Origin: Octopus vulgaris
Lineage: Eukaryota
NCBI GenBank assembly: GCA_951406725.2
Contig: OX597830.1
Span: 34,906,001 to 34,970,000, forward strand
DNA: 64,000 bases
Reading direction: 5' to 3'
Shown piece by piece: positions 52,687 through 64,000 of the stretch; positions within the stretch are counted from its first letter, which is position 1, and the number at the start of each line of letters is the position of its first letter. The notes below the pieces were generated by a model that saw only the letters and a program-made list of their open reading frames with translations, did no database searches and had not been told where the DNA came from. The translations under genes and the position numbers were made by a program.

Positions 52687-53561
52687 CATTATTATTATTA
52701 TTATTCTTTTAGGGGAAACCGTTTGCCACTGTAAAAAAAGAGGAGATATTGCCCTGTTTTTCAGGGACCCGTGGCTTTTGTGTGTTTTAATTGGGAGTTT
52801 TAATTTCTTCAGCTTTATTGTTATTGCATGCGAAAGCCCATTGTATCGTCCTGTTTTTTTTGTTTTTTTATGTTGTTGCATGTCTTTGTATGTTATGTTA
52901 TGTGAACCCTTGTGGCTAATAAAATAATTAATTATCATTATTATTATGTCATTGTTGTTTTTTTTCATGGATAATTATGATGTTGCTTTTATTTATGGAA
53001 ACTAAAATGTCTTTTACACATATTTGGTATCTAAGCACAACACCAGGAGCTTTGAGCCGGCCACCCTGATGAGAAGAAATGCGAAAATGACCCAAGCAGG
53101 ATTAGATCTCAGAAGTCGTAGCACGGAAGTAAATACATCGATGTGTTTCTTCCGTCTGCTCTACCGCTTCCACCAATCTAATATAATGTTCTTTTGTAAT
53201 AATGATAGTCATAGTATTAGTCTTAATAATAACCATGGTTCTAGCAATAGCTGTGTTAATGAGGATGTATCGTATAATAACGATACTTAAGATGAAGGTG
53301 ATAATGTTGCTGATAATGGTGATGATGATGATGATGATGATGAAAAATGTGATGATGAAGTGGAGGAGAAAAAGGGAATGAAGAGGGCGTGTATGGAGAA
53401 GGAAGATTGGGAAGATTGTATTGATGACGCTAATGATGATGAGGAGGAGGGGGAAGAGGTGGAAGAGGACGAGGAGGACGAGGTGGAACAGGATGGTGAT
53501 GATGATGATGATGATGACAGTGATCATTATAATGATGATGATGATGATGATAGTGATCATT

Positions 53562-53601
<40 letters not shown>

Positions 53602-53706
53602 CAGAGATAATTATGATGATGATGATGATGACGACAGTGATGATGATGGTAATGACGATGGTGATGATGATGATGATAGTGATCATTATAATGATGATGA
53701 TGATGG

Positions 53707-53759
<53 letters not shown>

Positions 53760-54027
53760 ATGATGAACAGAGGATTATGATCTTCATGGTAATAGTCGAT
53801 CACCGACAGAATAAGTAAATAAATAACCGAGTACATGAAATTTAGCGTAGGTCGTATTGGTATGAAAACAACAAACAACCATCACCACAACGCCAGTAAC
53901 ACAACCACCCCCACCCCCACCCCCACCCCCCACCTCCACCACCAAACAACACAACAATCAACAATAACGTATTTAGCAAGTATGGATAAGAGCTTATTAT
54001 CAAATATGTTCCACTTCATTTATATTT

Positions 54028-54070
<43 letters not shown>

Positions 54071-54798
54071 ACAAGGTACCATTTCATATGGCTATATACG
54101 AATATGTCTGAGGTTGGAATGTATGCAATCATGTAAGCGTTTCAACTGGTGCCTGTTCACGTGAGTTTATGTGGGCAAATCAAGAAATCATTATTATGAT
54201 TCTTGCTGATTATTATTATAATGGTAACATATAATTATCTGTCATTTGGAAATCAGCTTAATTAAAAGACACAAATTAGGCAAAACGTGACTGGAGACGT
54301 CTCCTTCCACTTCTGTATATCCATTATACGAGCGCCCGTAGATTTGCTTGCGTAAATGTATGTACGAATATCTGTATGTATAAACGCAAGTACGCACTTG
54401 GACTACACACGTACAGATACACACTGTTATATATATATATATATGAGTGTGAGTATAAATATGTGTATGTGTGTGTGTGTATTCATATACATACATATAA
54501 GCATGCACAGATGATAATTATCAAATTTGAGAAACAATATAATAACCACATTATCAATAACGTTAATGATAACTACCCTGCCACAACACTAAAGAGTAAC
54601 AGTACCAAAGAAATAAAGAACAACATTAACAAGCTACAGTAACAAAAACAAGAAGAAGAGCAAGGAAAATAATGATACTGATAATCGTTATTATCAATGA
54701 TATTCTTATTTACGTTGCTGTTACTTTGTTAGTAGTTAATAAACGAAATATTATTATTATTATTATTATTATTATTATCATTATTATTATTATTATTA

Positions 54799-54844
<46 letters not shown>

Positions 54845-54903
54845 CATTATTATTATTATTATGATTATTATTATTATTGTTATTATTATTGTCATTATTA
54901 TTA

Positions 54904-54964
<61 letters not shown>

Positions 54965-55068
54965 CTTTATTATTATCTTTATTATTATTATTGTTATCAT
55001 GATCATGATCATCATTATTATTATTATCGTTATTATTATTATTATTATTGTTATCATGATCATCATCA

Positions 55069-55118
<50 letters not shown>

Positions 55119-55142
55119 GTTGTTGTTGTTATTATTATTATT

Positions 55143-55484
55143 AAGGCGTCGAGCTGGCAGAATCGTTAGAACGCAGGACGAAATGCTTAATGTTCTGAGT
55201 TCAAATTACGCCCAAGTCGAATTTACCTTTCATCCTTTCCAGATCGATAAAATAGTTAACATTGTAGCACAGGTGTCAATGTAATCTACTTAGGCTCTCC
55301 ACTCCCACATGCAGGACTTGTACCAAAATTTGAGACCACTATTGTTGTTGCTGTTCTTTTAGTTTTTATTGTTGTTGTTGTTATCTTGCTGTTGTTGTTG
55401 TTGTTGTTGCTGTTGCTGTTGCTGTAGCAGCTATTGTAGATATTGCTGTTGTTGTTGTTATTATTATCATTATTATTATTATTA

Positions 55485-55557
<73 letters not shown>

Positions 55558-55790
55558 CATTATCATCATCATCATTATTATTCAGACGATGATATGGCGG
55601 AATCGTTAGTACACCAAGTGAGATGCACACCAGTTATTCCGCCCGTCTTTTCGTTCTGAGATCAAATTCTGCTGAGGTCGACTTGGCCTTTCATCCTTTC
55701 AACTTGAATAAATTGGGGTTGGATAATTGGGTTGAGTAATAAACTAGTCACCTCCCCCAAATTTCAAACGATGTGTCTGTATTAGAAAGG
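55143..55790 (+). mobile_element. Two SINE family B copies separated by microsatellite
   Basis: gagctggcagaatcgttag...gttctgagttcaaatt at 55150 and ggcggaatcgttag...gttctgagatcaaatt at 55596. Confidence 0.8.
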
Positions 55791-55822
55791 ATTATCATTA
55801 TTATTATTATTATTATTATTAT

Positions 55823-55878
<56 letters not shown>

Positions 55879-55974
55879 TTGTTGTTGTTGTTGTGATTAT
55901 TATTATTATTTTTGTTATTGTTGTTGTCGTCGTCGTTGTTGTCGTTGTTGTTGTTGTTGTTGTTGTTGTTATTA

Positions 55975-56135
55975 CATACACCTAGCGAAAGCAGGGTATT
56001 GTAATCATCCGTCTTCGTATGTTTTTCTGAGTGTTCGTAAAATTACCGGAAAGCGACTGAACGGATTTCATCAAAATTGTCAGAAATACACATTGGGTGA
56101 GTGGCTCGAAATGATTGACACCTGGTTTGATTATC

Positions 56136-56138
<3 letters not shown>
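55975..56138 (+). mobile_element. Possible Helentron-associated (DINE/HINE-like) fragment
   Basis: 'acctagcgaaagcagggtattgtaatc..ccgtc' and 'actgaacggatttcatcaaaatt' resemble HINE 5' ends; recognised from memory only. Confidence 0.4.
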
Positions 56139-56171
<33 letters not shown>

Positions 56172-56445
56172 GATATGCCACTGTGTGTGTATTTGTGTCT
56201 GCGTGTGTGTGTGTGTGTGTTTTCTGTGTGAACATTGATGATTTCGTGAGTTTCATTAACTTAACAGTTGAGATCTCAAATTCTCCGGTTTATAAATACC
56301 TATAATGGTGATACTTAAAAAATGAATTTAATTCAATTAAAAAGGACAGGTAAGCCACACTATAATTTTCGAAAGAATTTATCTGCGTGCAGGGTGTGTA
56401 TCACCTCTCCGCTTCCTTTTTTACATTATTATTTTTTAGTTACAC

Positions 56446-56502
<57 letters not shown>

Positions 56503-56529
56503 CATCATCATCATCATCATCGTCATCAT

Positions 56530-56790
56530 AATAATAAATGCCTTGATGCAGTGCCAGGCACTGGTTCTAATGGCTTCTAACCTTAACTGATTGGAAGTGT
56601 TATCATGTACATTGTTTTGTCTTGGTATAAAAGATGGACTACAGCAAATATTCTACTCAATGCTACATATTTGCTTGTCAGTTGTTTGACCATAACAAAT
56701 GAAGCATGTCCTTTCGTAAATAGCAAAATGCGCATCTCTGATCCTAGCCTTGTGTTGAGAATTACTTGGAGTTTGAATAATTCACCTCTG
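56530..56790 (-). mobile_element. Inverted copy of the 49822-family repeat
   Basis: ttaactgattggaagtgttatca...ttgcttgtcagttgtttgaccataac is the reverse complement of about 50255-50370. Confidence 0.8.
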
Positions 56791-56920
56791 CAATGTATTT
56801 ATTTATTTAAAATGTGTTAGAAACAGACGTAATGAACTGATGTTTAGCCATCGTTTGTTATTTATTGATTTGCTTATATACATACATACACACACACACA
56901 CACATATACATGCTTATATA

Positions 56921-56972
<52 letters not shown>

Positions 56973-57250
56973 CATATATATGTATATATATGTATATATA
57001 TACATATGTGTGTGTGTATATATATATATATACGCTGTAAATTGTAAAATAAAACTGTTACAACTACTATATGATCCTGAAGATTGCATAGTTTAACACA
57101 TGAAAGTACTATTTCAATAAGAATGAACATTTGATATTCTATCATTTCATTATATCATTTTATATTATATTATATTATATTGTTATAATATAAATTAAAT
57201 TAGACGCGAAAATCAGACGAAGTTGGAGTTTCTTTGATTAATATATATAC

Positions 57251-57314
<64 letters not shown>

Positions 57315-58444
57315 ATCTATGTATGTATAGATATATGTGTGTGCATGTATGTATGTATGTATTTGCAGGTTTCTTACGGCTGCAGTACCTTCGGTCAGCG
57401 ATAGTTCTGAAAACATGAAGAATGCTGTGCAACGATTTCAACAATTGCTGGGATATAACAGCAACAAACGTAGCAATAACAGATAAAACAACAACGAAAA
57501 CAATATAAGAAAACAATGAAAGCATCCGAAACAAATGCAGCAACAAAATTCATCAATGATAGTAGCAACAGCAATAATAATAACAGAAGCAACGTTAACA
57601 GTACCCAAGGCAACTTTACATCAACGTAGATAAGGAAATAACAACAACCCCTAGTAAACAACAACATGAACAATAATATTCCCCAGAAGAATCAACGACA
57701 GAAAACGCCTCATCATTGGAGAAAAGAATAAAATAAAATATAAATGCAATAAAAAAATAAATTCAAATGTAAATATAGTAAAAAAAGAATAATTGTAAAA
57801 GAAAACATCACCATAGTAATAACAAAAATAGTAAACAGCGAAACCGTATTATCAATATCGTCGTTTTCGTCGTCATCATCATCATCATCATCATTATCGT
57901 CGTCGTGGTTATGAACATCTTCGTTGACATCATCATCAGCAGCAGCAGCAGCAGCATTGTTATTGGGAACAGCAGCAACAGCAACAGAAACGGTGGCAAG
58001 CACCGCATGTTATCTCCCTGTAATCAACTCCTGCATCACCACCGCTACCACTACCAACAGCAACACCACCGCCGCCACCACCATTAACACCATCACCACC
58101 ATCACCACAACTACCACCACTATCACCACCATCACCACCACCACCACCATCACCTTCACCACCATCACCTTCACCACCACCACCACCACCACCACCATCA
58201 CCACAAACACCATTACTATCATCAACGAAAACAATGGCGAAATTATAAGAAAGAAAAGCAATAGCGTCATTCTAATGATAGCAGGATTATAAGAATAACA
58301 ATCCCATTATGTCACTAATGACAAAAACAGAAGTCTCTCCTACTCTCTCCCTTTCTCCACAAACATTCTCCAACGTCTGCCACCGTTTATTTATCTATCT
58401 TCATCTCTCCCACTTTTCCATTCTCACTTTCATTCTCAGTGTGC

Positions 58445-58517
<73 letters not shown>

Positions 58518-58547
58518 TGTATGTGTGTGTGTGTGTGAATGTATGTA

Positions 58548-58595
<48 letters not shown>

Positions 58596-58642
58596 TACAT
58601 AAATATGCATATATAGGTATGTATACATACAAATATTATATA

Positions 58643-58701
<59 letters not shown>

Positions 58702-59061
58702 ATATATATGTATATACATACATATTTAATATATACGTATGCACGGATATGCATGGTATATATCCATATATGAATACATACACATGTGTATGTGTGTGCC
58801 AAGGTACATATATATATATACATCAATATATTGTGAGACATAGATGAATATACACATATACATTCATTCCTTATATGTCCACATATATCTGTGTGTGTGT
58901 GTGTGTGTGTATTTATGTATGCATGTATGTATATGCGGATCCATATTTCTGTGTACATTTATGCGTGCGTATATATGTATACAGAGGCACATATGTATAT
59001 GGTAATATATTCACTCACGCACACACAAATGTTCAAATATATATATATATCTATACACACA

Positions 59062-59180
<119 letters not shown>

Positions 59181-59495
59181 GTATGCCGACAAACTGCTAA
59201 TGAGTTGAAACAATAAGAAATTTTCCTTGACAACAAACTACGTCTTAATTGAAACGATGAAGTAAACGATAAGGGGATAAAGAATTTCTCGTTTCCTATG
59301 TCTTTGTGAAGAAATGAGAGGAAAGAAGAAAATTGCCAAACGATGACATAGGGGAAATAAACGTTATCAAGGAGATGCTTCTTGATGTAGAAAGCGCGGT
59401 CAACTTTCTTTCCTCCGCTCAAGGCGAGCAGCACATCACTGATCGTTGTCAATCGAATTTGTTCCTCGCACTCTCCCTGACCTATATATGTATAT

Positions 59496-59527
<32 letters not shown>

Positions 59528-59560
59528 CACGTGATCACGTGATATATATATATATATACG

Positions 59561-59592
<32 letters not shown>

Positions 59593-59671
59593 CATATTTA
59601 TATATATACGTATATATATACATACATATATATATATATATATATTTATACGTATATATATACATACATAC

Positions 59672-59710
<39 letters not shown>

Positions 59711-60399
59711 ATTATATATATATATACATATATATATCTTTGTGTGTTTATGTGTGTGTGTAAATGTATAAATGCAAGTATGTATTTACTTATGTGCATG
59801 TGCGTATTCGTACTTATAGATATTGATGTAGATATAGATATAGGCTTTAGATATACATTTGTCGAACGTAGCGCATCTTAATTTGTCTGACTCGGGGCAT
59901 ATTATCTCCAAAGTACTCAACAACTAATTAACAATATGCTGGAAACTTCAGAGGTTCGTCATTATTCTACATGATAAAATACGAAACGAAGTTAACGAAG
60001 TGAGCGAAATCACATGCGCTAAATATATATTCAAATATAAGCTTTGGCGCAAGGACATTCACACACAAACACAGTCACGCACACAAACACACACATACAC
60101 ACACATAAACTTATCCATCCATATATCCATAAAAACGGAGACACACACACACAACAGCAAGCTTTGTGCAATGGTTTTTACAGGAAGTAAAACAGTCACC
60201 GAGAAAGCCTTTCTGTCTCCCTTGATTTGCCTTCATACTTCTGGCATAGATGAAGACACTATAAGATTTTACGTTGTTCCTTGTTAACGTTATTACAACC
60301 TCGATACCACTATGTACTTCTATTGGGTTATAGCATTATTATTAATCAGCAAAATATAGTAGTAGATTGCTGCTACTGCTGCTGCTGCTGCTGCTAATA

Positions 60400-60978
60400 C
60401 TCTTTTCTACTCTAGACACAAGGCCCGAAATTTTTTAGGGTGGTGAGGGCCAGTCGATTAGATCGACCCCAGTACGTAACTGGTATCTAATTTATCGACC
60501 CCGAAAGGTTAAAAGGCAAAGTCAACTTCGGCGGAATTTGAACTCATAACGTAAAGACAGACGAAATACATATTTCTTTACTACCCACAAGGGGCTAAAT
60601 ACAGAAGTGACAAAGAAGGACAGACAAACGGATTAAGTCGATTATATCGACCCAAGTGTGTAACCTGTACTTATTTAATCGACCCCGAAGGGATGAAAGG
60701 CAAAGTTGACCTCGGCAGAATTTGTATTAAGAACGTAGCGGCAGCCGAAATACCTGTTTCTTTACTACGCACAAGGGGGCCAAACAGAGAGGAGAAACAA
60801 GGACAGACAAACGGATTAAGTCAATTATATCGCCCCCAGTGCGTAACTTGTACTTATTTAATCGACCCCGAAAGGCAAAGTCGACCTTGGCGGAATTTGA
60901 ACTCTGAACGTAGCGGCAGACGAAATACCGGTAAGCATTTCGCCCGCCGTGCTAACGCTTCTGCCAGCTCGCCGCCTT
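60400..60978 (-). mobile_element. SINE family B, multimeric (three core units)
   Basis: 'atcgaccccgaa...aaggcaaagt..ac.t.ggc.gaattt' occurs three times; head gccagctcgccgcctt at 60963-60978. Confidence 0.88.
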
Positions 60979-61020
60979 CAACTATTACTAATACTACTAC
61001 TTAAATTAATAAAAATCAAA

Positions 61021-61089
<69 letters not shown>

Positions 61090-61091
<2 letters not shown>

Positions 61092-61440
61092 CTTTTTTTA
61101 CTAAAGACACAAGGGCCGAAATTTTGAGAGCGGGGTCTAGTCAATTAAATCGCCCCCACCGCTTCACTGATACTTAATTTATCGACCCCTAACGATGGAA
61201 GGCAAAGATGAACTCGGTGACTTAACAGCTATCTTAAATTTTGGCACGAGGCCTGCAATTTTAAGCGGAAGTGCTAGTTTATTACATCGTTGTAGTGCTT
61301 ATCTAGCATGTATTTAATAGACCCCGAAAGTATGTATGGAAGACGAAGTCGATGTTGGCGGAATTTGAACATAAAACGTACAAAAGCGGAAGATACGGCT
61401 CCAAGTATTTTGTCCGACCCGCTAACAACCTGCTAGCTTG
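61090..61440 (-). mobile_element. Degenerate SINE family B copies
   Basis: gacacaagggccgaaatttt; ttatcgacccc; ggcggaatttgaac. Confidence 0.7.
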
Positions 61441-61444
61441 CCTA

Positions 61445-61825
61445 GACCAGACATAACAATTATAGATAAGGAAAAGCGAAGTTGCTTACTTATTGACCCA
61501 TTATGTCCGTTTGATTCCAGGATCGTATAGAAATAGGAAGAATTTGGAGCAGGTGAAAAGTAAAGATCATGTCTATAATAATTGGTGCGTTGGGAACAGT
61601 GAGCAAAGATTTAGACAAATGGCTGAAGGAAAATGAAAAAGAATGCCCGGTACAGCTCCTACAGAAAGATTGTCTCTCAGGGACGGCAAGGATTATCAGG
61701 ATGGTTCTAAGCACTTGAACGACTGCTGAAAATTTGTGGATACCTAAGGTTACAGGTTGTGATCCGCTATCCACATAAATCCTATCGGAAATAAATCCGA
61801 ACCTGAGCTAAAAACAAAATAATTA
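61445..61825 (+). mobile_element. RLE-endonuclease LINE 3' fragment
   Basis: RPDITIIDKEKRSCLLIDPLCPFD...IIIGALGTVSKDLDKWL...LLQKDCLSGTARIIRMVL*. Confidence 0.85.
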
Positions 61826-61829
61826 TCTT

Positions 61830-62037
61830 TTTTTAGTAAAGGCACAAAGCCTGAAATTAGTTGGAAGTGAACTAGTCGATTACATCGACACCAGTGTTTA
61901 ACTGGTATTTAATTTATCGACTCCGAAAGGATGAAAGTCAAAGTCGACTCTTGGGAAATTTGGACTCTGAAGCTAAAGACGGGACAAAAAGCAGCTAAGC
62001 ATTTTCCCGGTGTACTAACGACTCTGCTAGCTCACTG
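61830..62037 (-). mobile_element. SINE family B
   Basis: aatttatcgactccgaaaggatgaaagtcaaagtcgac...ctctgctagctc. Confidence 0.8.
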
Positions 62038-62044
62038 ATATGTG

Positions 62045-62385
62045 ATATATCCTGAACGAGGGAGTTTTTGATGTTGCTGCAATCATCTGCGTTTCCAGCT
62101 GCGAGGTAGGTTTATCCGGAACTTTTGTCAGGAAATCCAGTTTCGATTTGGAGACACCTACATCTACCACATGCAAGTGTCCTAAATTTTGGGGAGGATA
62201 GAGAATAGATGTGGGCCCTCGAAATCCAAGCTGTTATTGTAGCTGGTCCTCAAATCTGTATGGCGATGTTGAGATCTTTGGTACAAAGCAGTGGTGACTC
62301 CTTCTACTGTTTGGGTACTTTCAATGTCAAGGTTTAGGACAAGTCCTTTTAGGATTTTCCAAATGTATATCACTGCATATCTGAA
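62045..62385 (-). mobile_element. CR1-group LINE 3' fragment
   Basis: Minus: RYAVIYIWKILKGLV...NSLDFEGPHLFSILP...SKLDFLTKVPDKP, a typical ORF2 C-terminus. Confidence 0.78.
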
Positions 62386-62968
62386 TCATATATACATACA
62401 TACGCGCGCGCGCATGTGTGTATAACTGTTGCAATAAGATCACAAATATTTATTAAAAGTGGATCAGCTGATTAAATTGACACATGCAATACACTGACTT
62501 TCTGTTATATTACCTACGAACGTATGAAAGGTTAATGTGGAGCAAAATTGTACACGGTTAAGCATATTGTCAAAGAATTAGCTATCGTTAAAATGTAGCC
62601 AACACCACAAATTGTAAATGAATAACAAGGAATAACGTGTATACACGTAGAAAAAACAACTGACAAATATCTAGAGAAGAAGACCGAATGCCATTTCAGT
62701 TTCCATAAGACCATTGGTCGTTGTACCTATTGCGAGGAAGACTCTGTTTTACTGCTTGCATGAAATTGTGCACAGAAAGAAATTGTCCTAAACCCAAAAA
62801 GTTGTTGTTTTGTTTTGTTATACTTTACGTATGCTTCGCATGTACACCATCCTTCTTCTGATGAAATGATTAAATCAGTAAACGTGGAAAATATTTCACA
62901 GCATAAATAATTATGAGACTAGATTGAATATCATATTATCTCTATAGTACTCTCTCTCATTCTTTCTT

Positions 62969-63052
<84 letters not shown>

Positions 63053-63119
63053 GAGATATACATTGGGAGAGAACGAATGAGACAGTGAGAGAGAGAGAGA
63101 GAGACATGGTCTCTGCATG

Positions 63120-63183
<64 letters not shown>

Positions 63184-63417
63184 CCCCCACATAGACACAC
63201 CCAGAAACATACACACGCTCTCGTACCCACGAATATGTAGTTAAAAATAATGTAACGTATAAAATTAGTGATAATTTTTTTTCTGAATATGTGATAACAA
63301 TTTTTATATAAGTTCATTTGCCTTCGTTACCGCATACATTTGTTGTCTGTGTATGATTTTGTCTTTCACAAATATAATACTTACATATACATAGATATAC
63401 ATACATACATGCATATA

Positions 63418-63479
<62 letters not shown>

Positions 63480-63699
63480 AATATATATATGTCAATATAT
63501 AGATATACATACATATATACATACATACGAACCACATATTTATATATATTTGAATAGATTTGTTGATAGATTAGAAGCAGGAAGAAAATGCTAAATATTA
63601 CATATATAGTAGAAAATTAACTGTAAAATATATCCATAGATATATCTTGAAACAAGTGTCATACATTCTACTAATGTAATAATGATAATGATACTAACG

Positions 63700-63702
63700 A
63701 TA

Positions 63703-63761
<59 letters not shown>

Positions 63762-63975
63762 TAATAATAATAATAATGAAAATAATAATAATAATAATAA
63801 TAAGAAGAAGAAGAAGAAGAAGAAGAAAAATAATAATAAAAATAAAAATAATAATAATAATAATAATAATAATATTAATAATAACAATAATAATAATAAA
63901 AATAATAATAATAACAACAATAACAATAATGATGATGATGATGATAATGATGATGATAATGTTAATTATCATAAT
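63700..63975. repeat. (AAT)n/(AAG)n/(GAT)n compound microsatellite
   Basis: Direct reading. Confidence 0.95.
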
Positions 63976-64000
63976 AAAATAATTGCATGAAGATGTATGT

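Larger units (their letters stand above)
50953..58240. repeat. Region dominated by compound trinucleotide microsatellites (CAT, CTA, ATT, GAT, GTT, CAC)
   Basis: Direct reading; explains the poly-H, poly-D, poly-I, poly-L and poly-T ORFs. Confidence 0.9.

Noticed and set aside
53360-53818. Asp/Glu-rich 152-aa ORF resembling acidic biomineralisation proteins
   Set aside because: Built from (GAT)n amid many similar triplet arrays; non-ATG start and no signal peptide or splice support.
62858-62890. ctgatgaa...gtaaacgt hammerhead-like string
   Set aside because: The GAAA box is broken, stem II has no viable loop and there is no stem I.

Overview
This is AT-rich, microsatellite-dense eukaryotic (animal) DNA, most likely intronic or intergenic. 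The SINE families and the extreme (TA)n/(ATT)n content resemble what I recall of Octopus/coleoid cephalopod genomes; that assignment is an inference. I cannot identify any host protein-coding gene with confidence, and nearly all listed ORFs are microsatellite or antisense artefacts. Supported content: a 5'-truncated CR1-group LINE whose RT ORF carries a single nonsense codon (10402-12175, -); two mariner relics, one with a nested RTE-BovB fragment; a full-length Tc1 with intact TIRs; a decayed RTE LINE; three RLE-endonuclease (R4/Dong-like) LINE tails; many tRNA-derived SINEs; and a Penelope-like (GIY-YIG) fragment. The most striking theme is a set of short (TA)n-embedded Penelope-like elements carrying minimal hammerhead-ribozyme motifs. 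Two of these families show the U3-A8 covariant core, and one sits in both arms of a ~650-bp spacer-less palindrome (44688-45341). Other oddities are a SINE flanked by a 96-bp duplication, a tRNA-like module inside the Penelope 3' region, a twin G.U-rich hairpin at ~15.6 kb, and an unexplained 152-bp dispersed duplication. All alignments and folds were done by eye; boundaries of decayed elements are approximate.
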